From Haliotis rufescens (taxonomy: Eukaryota), in contig NW_025964212.1 in assembly GCF_023055435.1 (NCBI RefSeq), positions 1,426,001 through 1,490,000 of the forward strand: a stretch of DNA of 64,000 nucleotides, read 5' to 3'. Made by a program: the position numbers and the translations under genes. Shown here one piece after another: positions 1-12,769 of this stretch. The notes beneath the pieces were generated by a model, which saw only the letters and a list, made by a program, of their open reading frames with translations, was not told the origin of the DNA and searched no databases. Each line of letters starts with the position of its first letter. Position 1 is the first letter of the stretch.

Positions 1-102
1 ACCGGGATTCGAACCAACAATCATGATTTCTGGCGAGCCCAACGGAGACAAGTATGCTCAGTGACTTGCGGCGCCTCAGACGACTTGACCACCTTTGCTC
101 CC
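1..102 (-). mobile_element. SINE family C head (tRNA-Leu-like), runs off the window edge
   Basis: Reverse complement matches the head at 39078 (A box GGTGGTCAAGTCGTCTGAGGCG, B box GGTTCGAATCCCGG). Confidence 0.8.
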
Positions 103-1780
103 TTGTTTACGAGAAGATGTAATTTTGTTTTAACAAAAGATGTTATAATGGCGTCATAATTAAGTATCTGAGGTGGCGGTTAAAATCTGCTTTTTCAGAT
201 GAAAATAATGTGATTGTATTATATTAGAGTAATTCATTATTCCGGAAACATGAACATCCGGAAGATTTCACGTGGAAAAAAAAAGTCTGCGTTATAGTTT
301 CTGTGTACTGCTGAAATACACCGTTGACTAGAACATGAAAAATAGCATGAAGCCACTTATGGTTTTTTTTAGCTTTCTTTGTCTTGACCCATTTCTCCAT
401 GTAACAAGACTTTTGGGGATGCAAGACGTTGCCATGAATCTCAGATAATTATGACTATCTTAACTTGGCTCTCTTCTATAAGAACACACCATCACTGGAA
501 TGGAAATCAGCGATGTTTAGGTATTCCGTATATTACAGGTTTCATTTGCATGATAACTGGAGACCAACATCAATATTGATAATCTTCTGTAAAAAGGGTT
601 TGATCAATACATGTCCTTATAGATGAAGATAATTTTCTTTTGAAGCGTATGAAAAATGTTATTAACTGATTTCATAAGCCATTGAATGCTGTTTATATTC
701 CTCGACTGACACAGCATTACCACACAAAATAGCGAAATAAGTCACATCGACATTTTTTATATCCAGCTGTTGTGCTTGTATTAGGATGACAAGATATTCA
801 GTTAACGTCCTTCTCCGGTACATCAATGTTCATGTCAGAATGTATCGTTGGCATTCAGTGCTATAAAAGGGTGCGATCGTATTTGGCAAAACATAAGCGG
901 TGACCTTTTTTCTTAATATTAAAGTTATTTCAAGGTGTTGATCTCAAAGAAAAGCATTCGTTATTATGAAACTTCAAGCGCCTGAATCAAGCAGTAAATC
1001 GCTACAACATAAAGTTTATCCGTCAAAGAGAAACTTCAACATAGGACCAAACAGAACGCAAAGCTTTGATAACTAGCAGCTGAAGGTTGGCAAGTGTAAT
1101 GAAACTGAAAGAAAGGCTGGGGCATGTGGAAAAAGTAAGTTAATTATTGTAATAGCTGACGAAATGGGAGTTAATAAGAGGCTTTGAAACATGAAGCATG
1201 TAAGGTGATTATGTTATTACTTCTTTTGTGATGATTGACAATGAGTGACTAAAAACACGGGAAATATATATCAAGAATGTCAGTGGAAGTAAACCGACAC
1301 GTCGACGAATGTTTTGTTTTTAAAATAGTGCAAGAGACATGCAAAGAGTGATTGCGTTGGGTTTAAAGTCGTCTTGAAATGTACTTTAAATATATCACGA
1401 AATATGGAATAAATGAAAGCGACAAAATCCTTTCATAATTATTAGAAGGTAATGCACAGGAAAGCCATAATAACGCATGTCGTATACGTTTACCACTCCT
1501 GGAAACCCACGAACACCACTGACAGATTCAGGATTATTACTGTGGCAGAAATGTGTTAAACCAGACTTACATTATCCGACGAGTCAGTACCGTTGTCAGT
1601 TCATATTCCCTGGTATTATTGTTTGACATTCTCTGTAGGGGTTTCTGACATTCCCCGAAAAGCCTACTTTGGAATGCACTGGAACTTAACCTACATGTAC
1701 ATGTAAGGTCGTCGTTATTATAAACACAGGCTGAATCATTTATGAAGATATACATGCAATTGGTTTGTGTTTCAAAATTT

Positions 1781-2049
1781 GGTTGGTTGGTTGGTTTGTT
1801 GTTTAACGCCTCACTCAGCAATATTCCAGCTATATGACGGCGGTCTGAAAAAAATCGAGTCTCGACCAGACAATCCAGTGATTGACATCATGAGCATCAA
1901 TCCACGCAATTGGGATCAATGACATTCATCAACCAAGACAGCGAGCCTGACCACCCGATCTGTTTTGTCGCCTCTTACGACAAACATAGTCGCCTGTTAC
2001 AGCAAGCATGGGTTGCTGAAGACATGGTCTACCCCGGATCTTCACGGGT
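1781..2049 (-). mobile_element. SINE-like family A, full length
   Basis: Reverse complement of the ~270 bp GACCCGTGAAG...CGGCGTTAAACAAC(AACC)n consensus. Confidence 0.9.
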
Positions 2050-3354
2050 GTTCAGGCCCTGTGACTTAGCTGACTGAATGCCATCGGCGTCGTGGGACGT
2101 TGCTTATATCAATTTTTGTGTGTCTGTGTCAGATCCTTTTAATTTCCAACCGCTGGAATATTGTTAAGTTCGGCGTTAAACAATAAACAAATGAGTTAAA
2201 CAATAAACAAATAAACAAACAAACAAACAAGACATAGGCATGTATTCAAGTACAATGTACAAATATAGGAACACACACGCTCGGTTCATACACCGTGATA
2301 TATTATAAGTGGCGTAAAACCATATTCACTCACAGATACGAAAAAAACTAACACTTTTGACACACACGTTTACGTTTATATGTATTTACACATAGTATGT
2401 TGAAATAAGTTATACATATAAATTACTTTCAACCTAATTATAAATTTGGAAGTTCATATGCATTTGCATAGAATGTTGAAATACGTTGTATATATCAGGA
2501 AGTGTCAATTGACGAACACATCTTCGTAGTTTGATCACATTTGAGGGCTTGGAAATGTAATCTAAATCACATTGAAATTGCTACGTGATCAGACTATAAG
2601 AACCAGCATGAAATTCGCAGTATCTAAACACCCCATTGTATTTCAGCTGTGGAATAAACTCGACTGACCTCGATGAGGTAGAATTGATTGACTTTGATCC
2701 AAATCAAGAGTTTGTATTGCGTCGAATGTTGCGTTTACTGTGTTCATCAGAGAAGCACCATAACAATTGTTGCACATTTCTGGACTTTCACTAACAAGAT
2801 GTAAACTATACTTTAGGTTTCGTACCCAGTTGATTTAATTAGGAGATGAACATATTGTGTTTTCAATTTAGAGCTAGGTTACCTGTAGATTTAACAGCGC
2901 TAAATTGAATTTGGAACCGAACGCGCAGCTAAAACAACACTTTAACAAGTTATTGACAAGAAGCATAGACAGCCAATGAAACCTGGAGGTCAAGACACAT
3001 GATTTTGACGAGTGTTTTATACGAGGGTGCGGACGTCGGAGAGGTCAGCTAGGGAAATATAATAGTCTTGAGACTTTAGCCTAAGTGTGTTTCTTAACAT
3101 AGGGAATACTCATGCTAACTACAAAACCAATATGGGTGGTGTAAGTACCAAAATATAGCGCTGAACATAAGCTATCCAACGATACCACTAATGATTTACA
3201 ACCAGATATGTACACCTATTAAGAGTGTAAAAACGATCATCTATACATGAGACATATCTATGAGTACAAACAGCGCGAAAATTTAAAGTCATAAAAACAT
3301 TTTTAACTCATGAATAAAGAAGCAAACATATACGAAATACCAGATATCATATAA

Positions 3355-3436
3355 GAGGGTACAATGGGTGCTATCCCCCGCCGTGATATTGCTGGAATGT
3401 TGCTAAAAGCGGCGTCAAACCAAACTCACTCACTCA
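3355..3436 (+). mobile_element. SINE family D 3' fragment
   Basis: GGGTACAATG...CGCCGTGATATTGCTGGAATGTTGCTAAAAGCGGCG...(CTCA)n, as in the copy at 56129. Confidence 0.7.
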
Positions 3437-3774
3437 AATAAGTCTATGATAAAAGTGTGCCATCAAATCACTAGAAAATCAAAATTATGGGTCGTTAATT
3501 CTCACAAGGAATGCAAAAACACTGGACAATGATGATGGTGACGGAAGCCAACAATTAAAGCGAGGGAACGCTGCGGTCACTAGACCGTGACTAGACTAGT
3601 TTTTGACCCTTTGACAGGGTCAAATCTAATTTTCAAGTGTATACTTTCTTTTGCTTGGTAAGTTAGTTTAATGTAATATATGAATGCTCTGGGGACATCT
3701 GGAATCTAGTCATGCTGTGTTGTAACCGAAAGAACGGAGTACCCATGGTTTATGTTTTCTCTCTAACGGAATGA

Positions 3775-4046
3775 GACCCGTGAAGATTCCAGGGTAGAAT
3801 AGGCCTTCAGGGACCCATGCTTGCCGTAAAAGGTGACTATGCTTGTCGTAAAAGGCGACTAACGGGATCGGGTTGTCAGGCTCGCTGACTTGGTTGATGC
3901 ATGTCATTGATCCCAATTGCGTGGATCGATGCTCATGATATTAATCACTGGATTCTCTGGTCCAGACTCGATTATTTACAGACCGCCGTCATATAGCTGG
4001 AATATTGCTGAGTGCGGCGTTAACAACAAACCAACCAACCAACCAA
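3775..4046 (+). mobile_element. SINE-like family A, full length with TSD
   Basis: Starts GACCCG and ends in an (AACC)n tail. 12-bp TSD TCTAACGGAATG at 3762-3773 and 4047-4058. Confidence 0.95.
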
Positions 4047-5209
4047 TCTAACGGAATGTTAAGTATTATTCTTCGACCTCTTAGATTATTTCAAAGTTAA
4101 TGTTGTTTATAATCCGTTGACTTTATCTTGTATATTCGTTGTACCATGAATACAGACATTTTACCTGTAAATTGCTGTCAAACAACGGTTCGATGCAGAC
4201 ATGCTTATGATATAGTCGGAATCGTACAATGGCCTCTCCTGTCAGCAGAAGATCTTATGATTATTGACAGGACTTTTCCAAAAGGAGCATATGGTTAGGC
4301 AGATGGAGATGTTTCAAGTAATCTGTTCATTGTATGGCATCAAATATGATTCTCTAAGCGTCACACAAATATCCATGCAAAGCCCTTAAACAATATTAAA
4401 AGGAGTGCACCGTGTGACTGAACATGTGTGTAGAACCTTGACAACCTCAAGTTTGAACAATGATTGATCTAATGAACCCACGTCTATCCTCTAAATTGCC
4501 AGGAAACAGGGAAGAACGTTACATGTAGATTCGTCGTGTTGCCTCGCAATTTGACTTTTGATAGACAGTTCTGACAGTTCTAATGTCAGCCGTCAAGAGG
4601 GATGTAATATCAGAAAGAAAATGCACACGAAATGCTGGTGATTTGTCAAGAAAAACGCCTCGTTGGATAATGACCTATTGATTGCGTGTAGTGATGAAAT
4701 GTGTACATATGAATGCGATGGGAAAGGAATTGAGAAGAGTCATCTGGAATAAACAAGAAAATTGAATTGAGAATCGTCCTTTTCACTGCAATTGATAGCT
4801 GGACACTCGAAAGTTTTCGAATAAAAAATATCTTGAACAGTATATAAAAAAATATAATGATATGGCAGTACACAATCGTCAATGTTTTCGAAAACACGAT
4901 GGTACATTGTACAAGTGCAAAGAGTGCAGCTCGTCATGCTGTATTCTTGTTAGCGATATACTTGATATAACGACGAGACAGCTATTGTCGTCACAGATGA
5001 AACGTCAGGAAGCATCGCACAGTCTGTAATCTGAAATCATTACACGTACATTGTATATGGCTCATAGCGGAAAAAATTGTACTGTGAAGATTCCAGGTTA
5101 TAATTGATCTTGTGAGTAGGTTAGTTGGGTGTAATGCAGCTGTGAACAGTATTCCAGTTTTATCACGGCGTTGAAGTTTAAGGTAGGAGGATAGCCCGAA
5201 GTGATGCAG

Positions 5210-5590
5210 GACTCTTGCTCAGAAGTTCTTTCATGAAAGTTACACCATTCAGGGCCTCAGTAAAGCTTTCAAAAAGTTAATGGTAGACATCTGGAGGACA
5301 TTTCAAAATTTGATGCATCAGTGACAAAAATGATGTCCGATGCAATTCCCTATTTTGACTTGTAAATATGTTCACATGTTTTTTCATGTGAACAATTGAC
5401 CTGCCTTTGCATGTGTTTGTGACGGGGGCCACCAGATTAGGATCACCTTTTTGCGAACACCAGGTATCAGAACTATCTGATAGTGATTCATAAACACATG
5501 CTCATGATATAGTCGGAATTGTACAATCGACTCTGCTTTATGCAGAGATTTCTATTGGATATGGAAAAGGTTTTGTCGCTTTATTTAGAC
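5210..5590 (+). mobile_element. Penelope-like element 3' remnant
   Basis: Similar to 45340-45850 and, in reverse, 50120-50330, both of which adjoin KRDDF-type RT fragments. Confidence 0.5.
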
Positions 5591-5699
5591 CCACAAGCAT
5601 GAGTATGGTGCTGACAAACCTAGAAACATAATAAGGGGGTACCAAATACAAGCTGTTCTACTCGTATCAAGATACAACTAGGTGACACTATTTTCTCTC

Positions 5700-7440
5700 G
5701 GACATTGGACTGAAGTGACATTCAACATTATTAAAGAATCTGATATCTTATCGTTGGCAAAGAATAAAAAGTAACCTTTTCCTTCAATCTGCCGAATAGG
5801 TATCAATTCAATGAAGATGTCCATGTCCCCTTCTTAGAAACGTGTAAAGTATTTGACACAGTGTGGCATGGATCTCTTTAGTACAAAATATTCGAGTTCG
5901 GAATCAAAGGGTCTCTATGGCTAGTGCTTGACAACATGTACACATAGATGGTTGTGTGTGTAGACTCAATGTGCTCTAGACCCGTATCCATGAAACAGAG
6001 AATAAGACAAGGTGGTGTGTTGTCGGGGAATTTGTACCTCTTGTACATTGACGCCCTCCTCCAGAAACTGTCGAAATCGTGACTTCGTGCTGTGGTTATG
6101 GATTTGAATACCTGTTCTCCGACGGAAGCCAATGATGTAGCCCTTGTTTCATCAAGAGTGTCAGCATTGAAATTAATGTTGAAAACAGCTGAGGACTACA
6201 GCTGTGACTGGCGATACATATTGTCATCTTCCAAAAGTGAGATTGTATCATTCCCTTGCCGCAAGGGGACTCAACACAGATCTGAACTGAAGCTGTACAG
6301 TGAACCCATTCCATTGACGAACACCATCAGTCATGTTGGTTTGGTACTCTCTGGCAACATGTCATCCCTTGAACAGGTTACTCAAGCTTCAGTCAACCTG
6401 AGGTAAGAACGCTGATTTCACGAGGTTGTCATCCTAGGTTCCTGAATCCTATAACTAGCTTGATTGTGGTAAATAATATGTACCTCCCAAGGACTCTGTA
6501 TGGATCAAATCTATCAAAGGTAGAGCTGCTGGTGCTTGAGAGGTCGTTCAGATATGTCATAAAATCTATCCAAGACGTGCCGCGACTGACCCGTACTGTT
6601 GTCTGCTTGAGTCTTCTTGGTGTTCTACCCATCGAATACCGTATAGATCAAAGAAAGTTGTATTTCCTGGAGCGCATCATCAACATGAACCCGAAGTTCC
6701 TGCCTCACCAACTGACAACCTCATCATCAGGACGCCATCAGATTGTTATCCAAATACAATCTCATGGATCCTCTGCTGTCGTTCCTGCGTTATGGTATCT
6801 TCAAAGGGAAACAGAGGTGGAAACGATTAGTGAGTAAAGCTCTAAAATCTCACCATGGCTCAGCCTGAAGGCAGAGCGTTGCTGCTGATCCAGAACTCCA
6901 GACGTTTAGTCAAATCCATCGACTATAAGATGTCCATCCAGCCTGGCAGATCTCCTTAGACGACCCAACTCTGAGACTGAACTCTAACTTTGTGATAAGG
7001 ACATGTGCCACCGCAAAGGACATGTGTGATACAGGACTGTGCCACAAATGTTGTTTTGTGTATCGTGATCCAGTGACACATGCAGTTGTTGAGTGTGAAT
7101 GTACGTGTGACATTCGGGATCAGCTCTGGATGAAGTTGATCAATATCGGTGATGTTGACTTTAGCTGCTACCTGCATGGTATGGACTCTGCAAAGCTCAC
7201 TGAATATATGTTGTCTTGCAGAACAGATTACAGAATATGTGATAAAGATGCAAAAGACTTTGCAAGAGTGTGTGTTAAATATGTAAAGCCAATGTTTACA
7301 ATGGTGTTCAAATAACTCTCAATATATCAGCATTACCATTCTGCATATTTAATGCAAAATAATATGTTGTTCTGATAAATGTTCATCATTATTTTCGTCT
7401 TTTTTGTACTCTTCTTTGGAGGAATAAAAGGTTATATATT
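5700..7440 (+). pseudogene. Degenerate non-LTR retrotransposon ORF2 (RT plus C-terminal CCHC knuckle; RTE-X/L2/CR1-group-like)
   Basis: Translated motifs FLETCKVFDTVWH, KQRIRQGGVLSGNLYLLYID, PTEANDVAL (YADD position) and LCHKC...HAVVEC. Interrupted by stops and frameshifts. Confidence 0.85.
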
Positions 7441-8046
7441 CAAGGTGTTGAACTGAAAGAGTAAAATCCGCAATACGTCTTGCTCCACGAGTGAGCTGGT
7501 TGCCAAAGGCAAAGTTACAAACCTGCATCACTTCTGTCGCAGGCTGTAATGTCTTTGAACTAAAACTTCCTGTCATTTGTATTCCAACCAGAGTTACAAT
7601 ACCGTTTTTCTGTCGTATTCGTGTCCTCGAAATCCTCTGCTGCTTTCAATACCACAATAATTACGGATGTGTCAAGGAAAGTGTTTTTCCCGCGCCATGT
7701 CAGTGCCACGAAATACCATAAATCATGTCCCTCAAAAAGAAACTTCAGCTTACGACCGAACAGATCTAAAAATGCAGGACTTTGATAACCTCGGAACTGC
7801 AGGTTGGCAAGTGTAATGTAATTAAAGAAAAGACTAGGGCCTGTTAGTGGATTATTGTGATAGCCGATGGAATTCGAGTTCATAAGGGGCTTCATTAAGA
7901 TGGATGCTAACGTAAACCCCTGTATTCACCCTTGGTTATATAATAAGAATGTTTATTAAGCTCCTGTGGCTCGAACAAAGTATATAATATGCCATGTAAT
8001 TACAACAAGAATATTGACCGTTCATTTTCTACAATCCTGGAGAAGT

Positions 8047-8643
8047 TCAATATTGTCGAGTTCAAAAGGTTCCTATAATTAATATCTAAAAGAAATGCCA
8101 TTATTTGAAAACTATCTCTATATACCTAAATCTGTTTTTTACCGCACTAGTAACCACAGTTATCAATATTGTCGAGTTCAAAAGGTTCCTATATATTATT
8201 AATATCTGAAAGAAATGCAATTATTTGAAAACTATCTCTATCTACATAAATCTGATTATTAACTGCTCTTAACATTCCACACTATTAACCACAATTTACC
8301 AGTCGAGACTGGCCGCTGGGGTAATGTACCCAGAGAACAACGTCTATGTTCACTTTGTAACCCCCCGGCAATAGCTGATGAATTCCATTATATATTTCGA
8401 TGTCAAGCTTTTGATAACAAAATACTTTCACTTATTCCATTTCTAATTTGGTTAAATGTGTTTTCATCAAAAAATCTATTTTCAACAAAACTAAACGAGC
8501 TTAAACGTCTATCATAATGTATTATTTGTAATTACCACTTTGCACACAGCCTTCTTGATGTACATATTCTATTTATTTCTGTACCGTATATATGCTTTGT
8601 ACCACCGTCGGTCGTCTATGGAGAAATAAAGAATCTGAGTCTG
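8047..8643 (+). pseudogene. LINE 3' end fragment (zinc knuckle plus tail) with a ~115 bp local duplication
   Basis: PVETGRWGNVPREQRLCSLCN...ADEFHYIFRC at ~8299-8403. AATAAA near 8625. 8047-8160 is duplicated at 8162-8295. Confidence 0.8.
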
Positions 8644-9801
8644 TAAAGCAAGAGGGCTGATTATGGAGACCTTTGCTACCTATAGATCTAGAGCAGGATA
8701 AATTATTCTTACCTCCTTTCGCGAACACATGGTGTCATCAATGATGTTTAGTGATTCATTCGTGTAATTTTCACAGCTGTTTTACTATTTACGCCCATTG
8801 GTATGTATTTTGGCAGATAATCAAGATGAGTTATTCACTTACGTTGACATTTATATGACATGAATGTCTGTGGAAATAAACCAACAAGTCGATGAATGGT
8901 CCTTTGTCATCTTCATCAGCATTAATTTTAAATATATCACAATGGACATTAGCTTAAATGTTGAATGGAAGCCATACTATATGTCATATGTCAGACGTTT
9001 ACCACTTTGGAGAATCCCACGAAGACGACTGATGGATTCAGGATTATTATCGTGGCGAGACGGAAATGTATTAAGAATTGACTTCCATTATATGATGACT
9101 TAGTAACTTTAACAGGTGATGTACTATTGTTTCACATCAAAGATGACAGGATGACCTTATAACGTTATCAGTTCCTTAATGACTGGTATAGCTGTTGGGT
9201 CTTCTCGTGGCGGGTTTTGCACTTGTGTGACGTCTTCTCTGCTTCATGTTGGAGCAAAACACTCATTTACGTTCATCACTTTATAACTCGTGATCACACA
9301 CCAACTATCATTATCGTGGTGACAGGACGAAGAAGACAAATCGTAATGGTTTACTTACACTGACCCGCAGCTAGATTTACATCACATGATGGCGTAGTAG
9401 CGTCATCCAAGAGATGGTCAATTAGCGACATCACTGGAATGCGTGCTGGCATAGGTTACACGTTCTGTACGTATTGAACGGTATTGTGTCTGGTACAGTG
9501 GTCTCCCGTTATTATGCTCGAAAGGTTACCCGGTTCATGTTGCTGAATGAAAGGTTTAAGGTCTGTAGGCCCTTATACATACTTCCCGCAATCTGCTGGT
9601 TGCTCTTTGTCCACTTGTGTCCCACCACAGCTGGCGCTGAGGAAACGATCATTGAGATGCAGTATTCGCAGATACCAGTCGCCATGGGGGGATTTGACAC
9701 GCGATATACCCGTTATCAGATATGTGGCGGCAACACGGGAACAGTCCTCGGTATATGACGGTGGATCCTCACCCATCACTCCCGTTGTTTATGTTGGCAG
9801 T

Positions 9802-10147
9802 GACCGCCTCCGTGGTCTAGTGGCGTCCGCCCGGAGAGGGAAGGTCCGGGTCCGATCCTCGGGCGCGTCATACCAAAAGACGTTAACCTATGGTACACGT
9901 TGTTGCCCTGTCTGGCGTTCGGCATTAACGGGCTAAAATAAGGACTGGTCGTCTCGGAGTCAGTATACTGTTGTCTGAGTGGAGTATTCATGTTAAACTG
10001 CGGCATGGTATCTCAGTGGGCTAGCACTATAAATCGGCATGAGTCCGGACTAGTACAAGCAGCCACACACACACACGTGCATGCACGTCGCTATATGATA
10101 GCAATAATCCTGGATGCGACGTAAAAAAAACCCCTTTCACCTCACCT
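9802..10147 (+). mobile_element. SINE family B (tRNA head plus Meta/MESC-like central domain)
   Basis: A box TGGTCTAGTGG, degenerate B box, core GTCATACCAAAAGAC...GGCATTAA, (CACCT)n tail. Domain name assigned from recalled similarity to molluscan MetaSINEs. Confidence 0.85.
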
Positions 10148-10283
10148 TATGCTGTCAGGTTTTGCATTCTGATAATGTGTATGCATGATGAATGTTCACT
10201 TCAACATTTTTGGGCTCACTGAAAAGCTTGCTTGTGCTTTTCGCAAACAAAGCATCCACTTCACAGTTGTCAGGCTGGTTCTA

Positions 10284-10285
<2 letters not shown>

Positions 10286-10333
<48 letters not shown>
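10286..10333. repeat. (GT)n microsatellite
   Basis: About 24 perfect GT units. Confidence 0.99.
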
Positions 10334-10334
<1 letters not shown>

Positions 10335-10927
10335 GGGGCTATGGTTCGCATTTGTTGCATTCGATTGAGTCTGTAAATGATTTAATCGCATGTTCAGTTT
10401 GGTTAAGTTTAGTTTGGCCGTGCTTATTTCGTACATTTGATATACACATCGCTCAATAAGAGAAACCTTACATACAACGTTTGACATACACGTCAAAGCT
10501 GATATGTCTATACTTGTACATTGATCGGAAACTTCTGAGTTAAATCAGGACTTGGAAACGTAATCCAAATCGTTGTGAAATTGCTTCATGATTAGAATAT
10601 AAACGTCGGCATTACGTTGGCAACTTTTGCCATTCTAATTATCGCTTGGCCATAATTCTGTATGAGCATGGAATAGACCCCGCTAAACATGAGTAGGTGC
10701 AGTTGACTTGCCGTAAAAGGCGCTTGTCGTGCGAAGCGACTAACGGGATCAGGTGGTCAATTTCGCTGATTTGGTTCATTAATTTATTGACAGTAAATTG
10801 AAACAATAGTTCTGTTTAGATGTTTTTGGTTTTATGGGAAAATTATATTAAACATATCAATATAATAATATTTACTTAATTTCATTACAAACAAATAAAA
10901 ACTGATCGGGTCTACACTTAGTATAAA

Positions 10928-11181
10928 GTTTGTTTGTTTTTTACGCCGCACTCCGCAATATTCCAGCTATATGACGGCGGTCTGTAAATAATCGAGTCTA
11001 GACCAGACAGTCCAGTGATTGATATCATGAGCATCGATCCACGCAATTGGGATCGATGACTTTCAAGTCAGCGAGCCTGACCACCCGATCCCGTTAGTCG
11101 CCTTTTACGACAAGCATAGTCGCCTTTTACGGGAAGCATGGGTTGCTGAAGACCTATTCTACCCCGGAATCTTCACGGGTC
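10928..11181 (-). mobile_element. SINE-like family A
   Basis: Reverse complement of the consensus, ending ...CTTCACGGGTC. Confidence 0.9.
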
Positions 11182-11196
11182 CAGAGAGAAAAGGAA

Positions 11197-11287
11197 TGTT
11201 GTGAACTTAATAAAACAAATGTAGGGAAGTTGACATCCATAAATTCTCTTCCTTATGTGTATCTCTTGAAAATGCCTTCCAAAGACT
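11197..11287 (+). mobile_element. Penelope pseudo-LTR 3' module fragment
   Basis: GAAGTTGACATCCATAAATTCTCTTCCTTATGTGTATC...AAATGCCTTCCAAAGAC is near-identical to 39383-39443. Confidence 0.7.
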
Positions 11288-11439
11288 TGACACAAATGTA
11301 AACCTGAAACATAGCATTTATTTGTAAAAATTTGGAGTTTTAGCACTTCTTGATTCTGATATGATTTTACACTGGTTTTCGAACACATGCTCCTTTTTGA
11401 GCTTTTTTCTCTTGCATTCAGCCTAGTGCCTCAAACATG

Positions 11440-12480
11440 CAAAGTGCACACTATGTTCAAAGTGAAATTTTCTCTCCTGCTGGAAGACCGAGGTCAATGC
11501 TGTTCATAGATGTTTTTTTAAAAATGGCTTTATGTAGTGCTGATCTCCTAGAACTAGATTTATCTGTCCGTTTTAACAACCTTATTAGTACTGTAGTAGA
11601 AAAAAAAATTCACATGGCCATTTATTTGTACATTGTGCTTGGTAGCATGCCCCCATGTCCCCCTGGGGTTTTAGTTGATAGATATATGCCTTCATGTTTC
11701 AAATTAACTTGCCTTCAAGAGTAATCATTTATTGTATTGTAAATTTAAATTCAGTTACACATTTGTATCTTGTTCATATACTGGTTGTATGTCTGATGTT
11801 GAACTTGTTCAGTTTAGCGTTATATTCGACTACTAGAGCCCGGTGATAGTGTCATGGCTGACAAGGGATTAGGTGAGGTGAGGTGAAATTGGGTTTAACG
11901 TCGCGTCCAAGATTATTGCACTTATATAGCGACGTGCATGCACGTGTATGTGTGTGTGTGGCTGCTTGTACTAGTCCGGACTGATGCCGATTTATAGTGC
12001 TAGCTCACTGAGATACCATGCCGCAGTTTAACATGAATACCCCACTCAGACACAGTATACTGACTCCGAGCCGACCAGTCCTTGTTTTAGCCCCTTAATG
12101 CCGAGCGCCAGACAGGGTAACAACAAGTACAATCTTTTAACGTCTTTTTGTATGACGCGGCCCGGGATCGAACCCTGGACCTTCCGCTCTCCGGGCGGAC
12201 GCTCTACCACAAGACCACGGAGGCGGTCGACAAGGGATTAACTACAGGCAAGAAGTTGAGTGAAATCAATGTTGGTCTTAACATCTCACCACTCTTACAT
12301 TCTCGCCGTCAGTTTAGTAAGAGCGAGGACATACAGAAATGATTGCCTCCCTCCGTATCCATGTTGAGCGTGCCATGAGCAGAGTAAAAGACAATGACAG
12401 CATTATTCCCCTTAATCTTGTTGGATTCATCAATTAACTTTGGACAGGAGCTGCTCTTATTGTCAACGTTGAGGGCCCAT
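11440..12480 (+). pseudogene. Degenerate PIF/Harbinger-ISL2EU-type transposase (HTH_Tnp_4 plus DDE_Tnp_4-like), split by a SINE B
   Basis: GRPRSM..IDVF....LLELDLSVRF..ISTV...MPSCFK, then LLEPGDSVMADKG / LNISP....QFS / IASLRIHVERAMSRVK. Confidence 0.8.
11872..12228 (-). mobile_element. SINE family B with TSD
   Basis: Full reverse copy. 12-bp TSD GACAAGGGATTA at 11860-11871 and 12229-12240. Confidence 0.95.
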
Positions 12481-12564
12481 TTAAACAAGTTGAAAAAATT
12501 ATCAGTTGCTACTTGTATAACACACCTTAAAACTGTAAAGTATAACTACAAAGTCAGGATGAAT

Positions 12565-12762
12565 ATGGTCTGTAAATAATCAAGTCTGGATCAGACAATC
12601 CAGTGATTGATATCATGAGAATCGATCCACGCAATTAGGATACGATGACATGCATCAACCAAGTCACCGATCCCGTTAGTCGCCTTTTACGACAGGCATA
12701 GTCACCTTTTACGGCAAGCAAAGGTTGCTGAAGACCTATTCTACCCCGAAATCGTCACGGGT
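12565..12762 (-). mobile_element. SINE-like family A lacking its tail
   Basis: Matches the reverse consensus from GGTCTGTAAATAATC to CACGGGT. Confidence 0.85.
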
Positions 12763-12769
12763 GCAGTCG

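Noticed and set aside
3602-3624. Helitron 3' hairpin (TTTGACCCT-TTGAC-AGGGTCAAA)
   Set aside because: Single short hairpin with no downstream CTRR terminus or second copy in the window.
3710-3916. ORFs such as MGSMTCINQVSEPD...
   Set aside because: Antisense reading frames of SINE family A.
10185-10496. Cys/Val- or His/Thr-rich ORFs
   Set aside because: Translations of the (GT)n microsatellite.
11140-11181. CTGAAGA in reverse family A copies as a hammerhead core
   Set aside because: No GAAA following a helix II.
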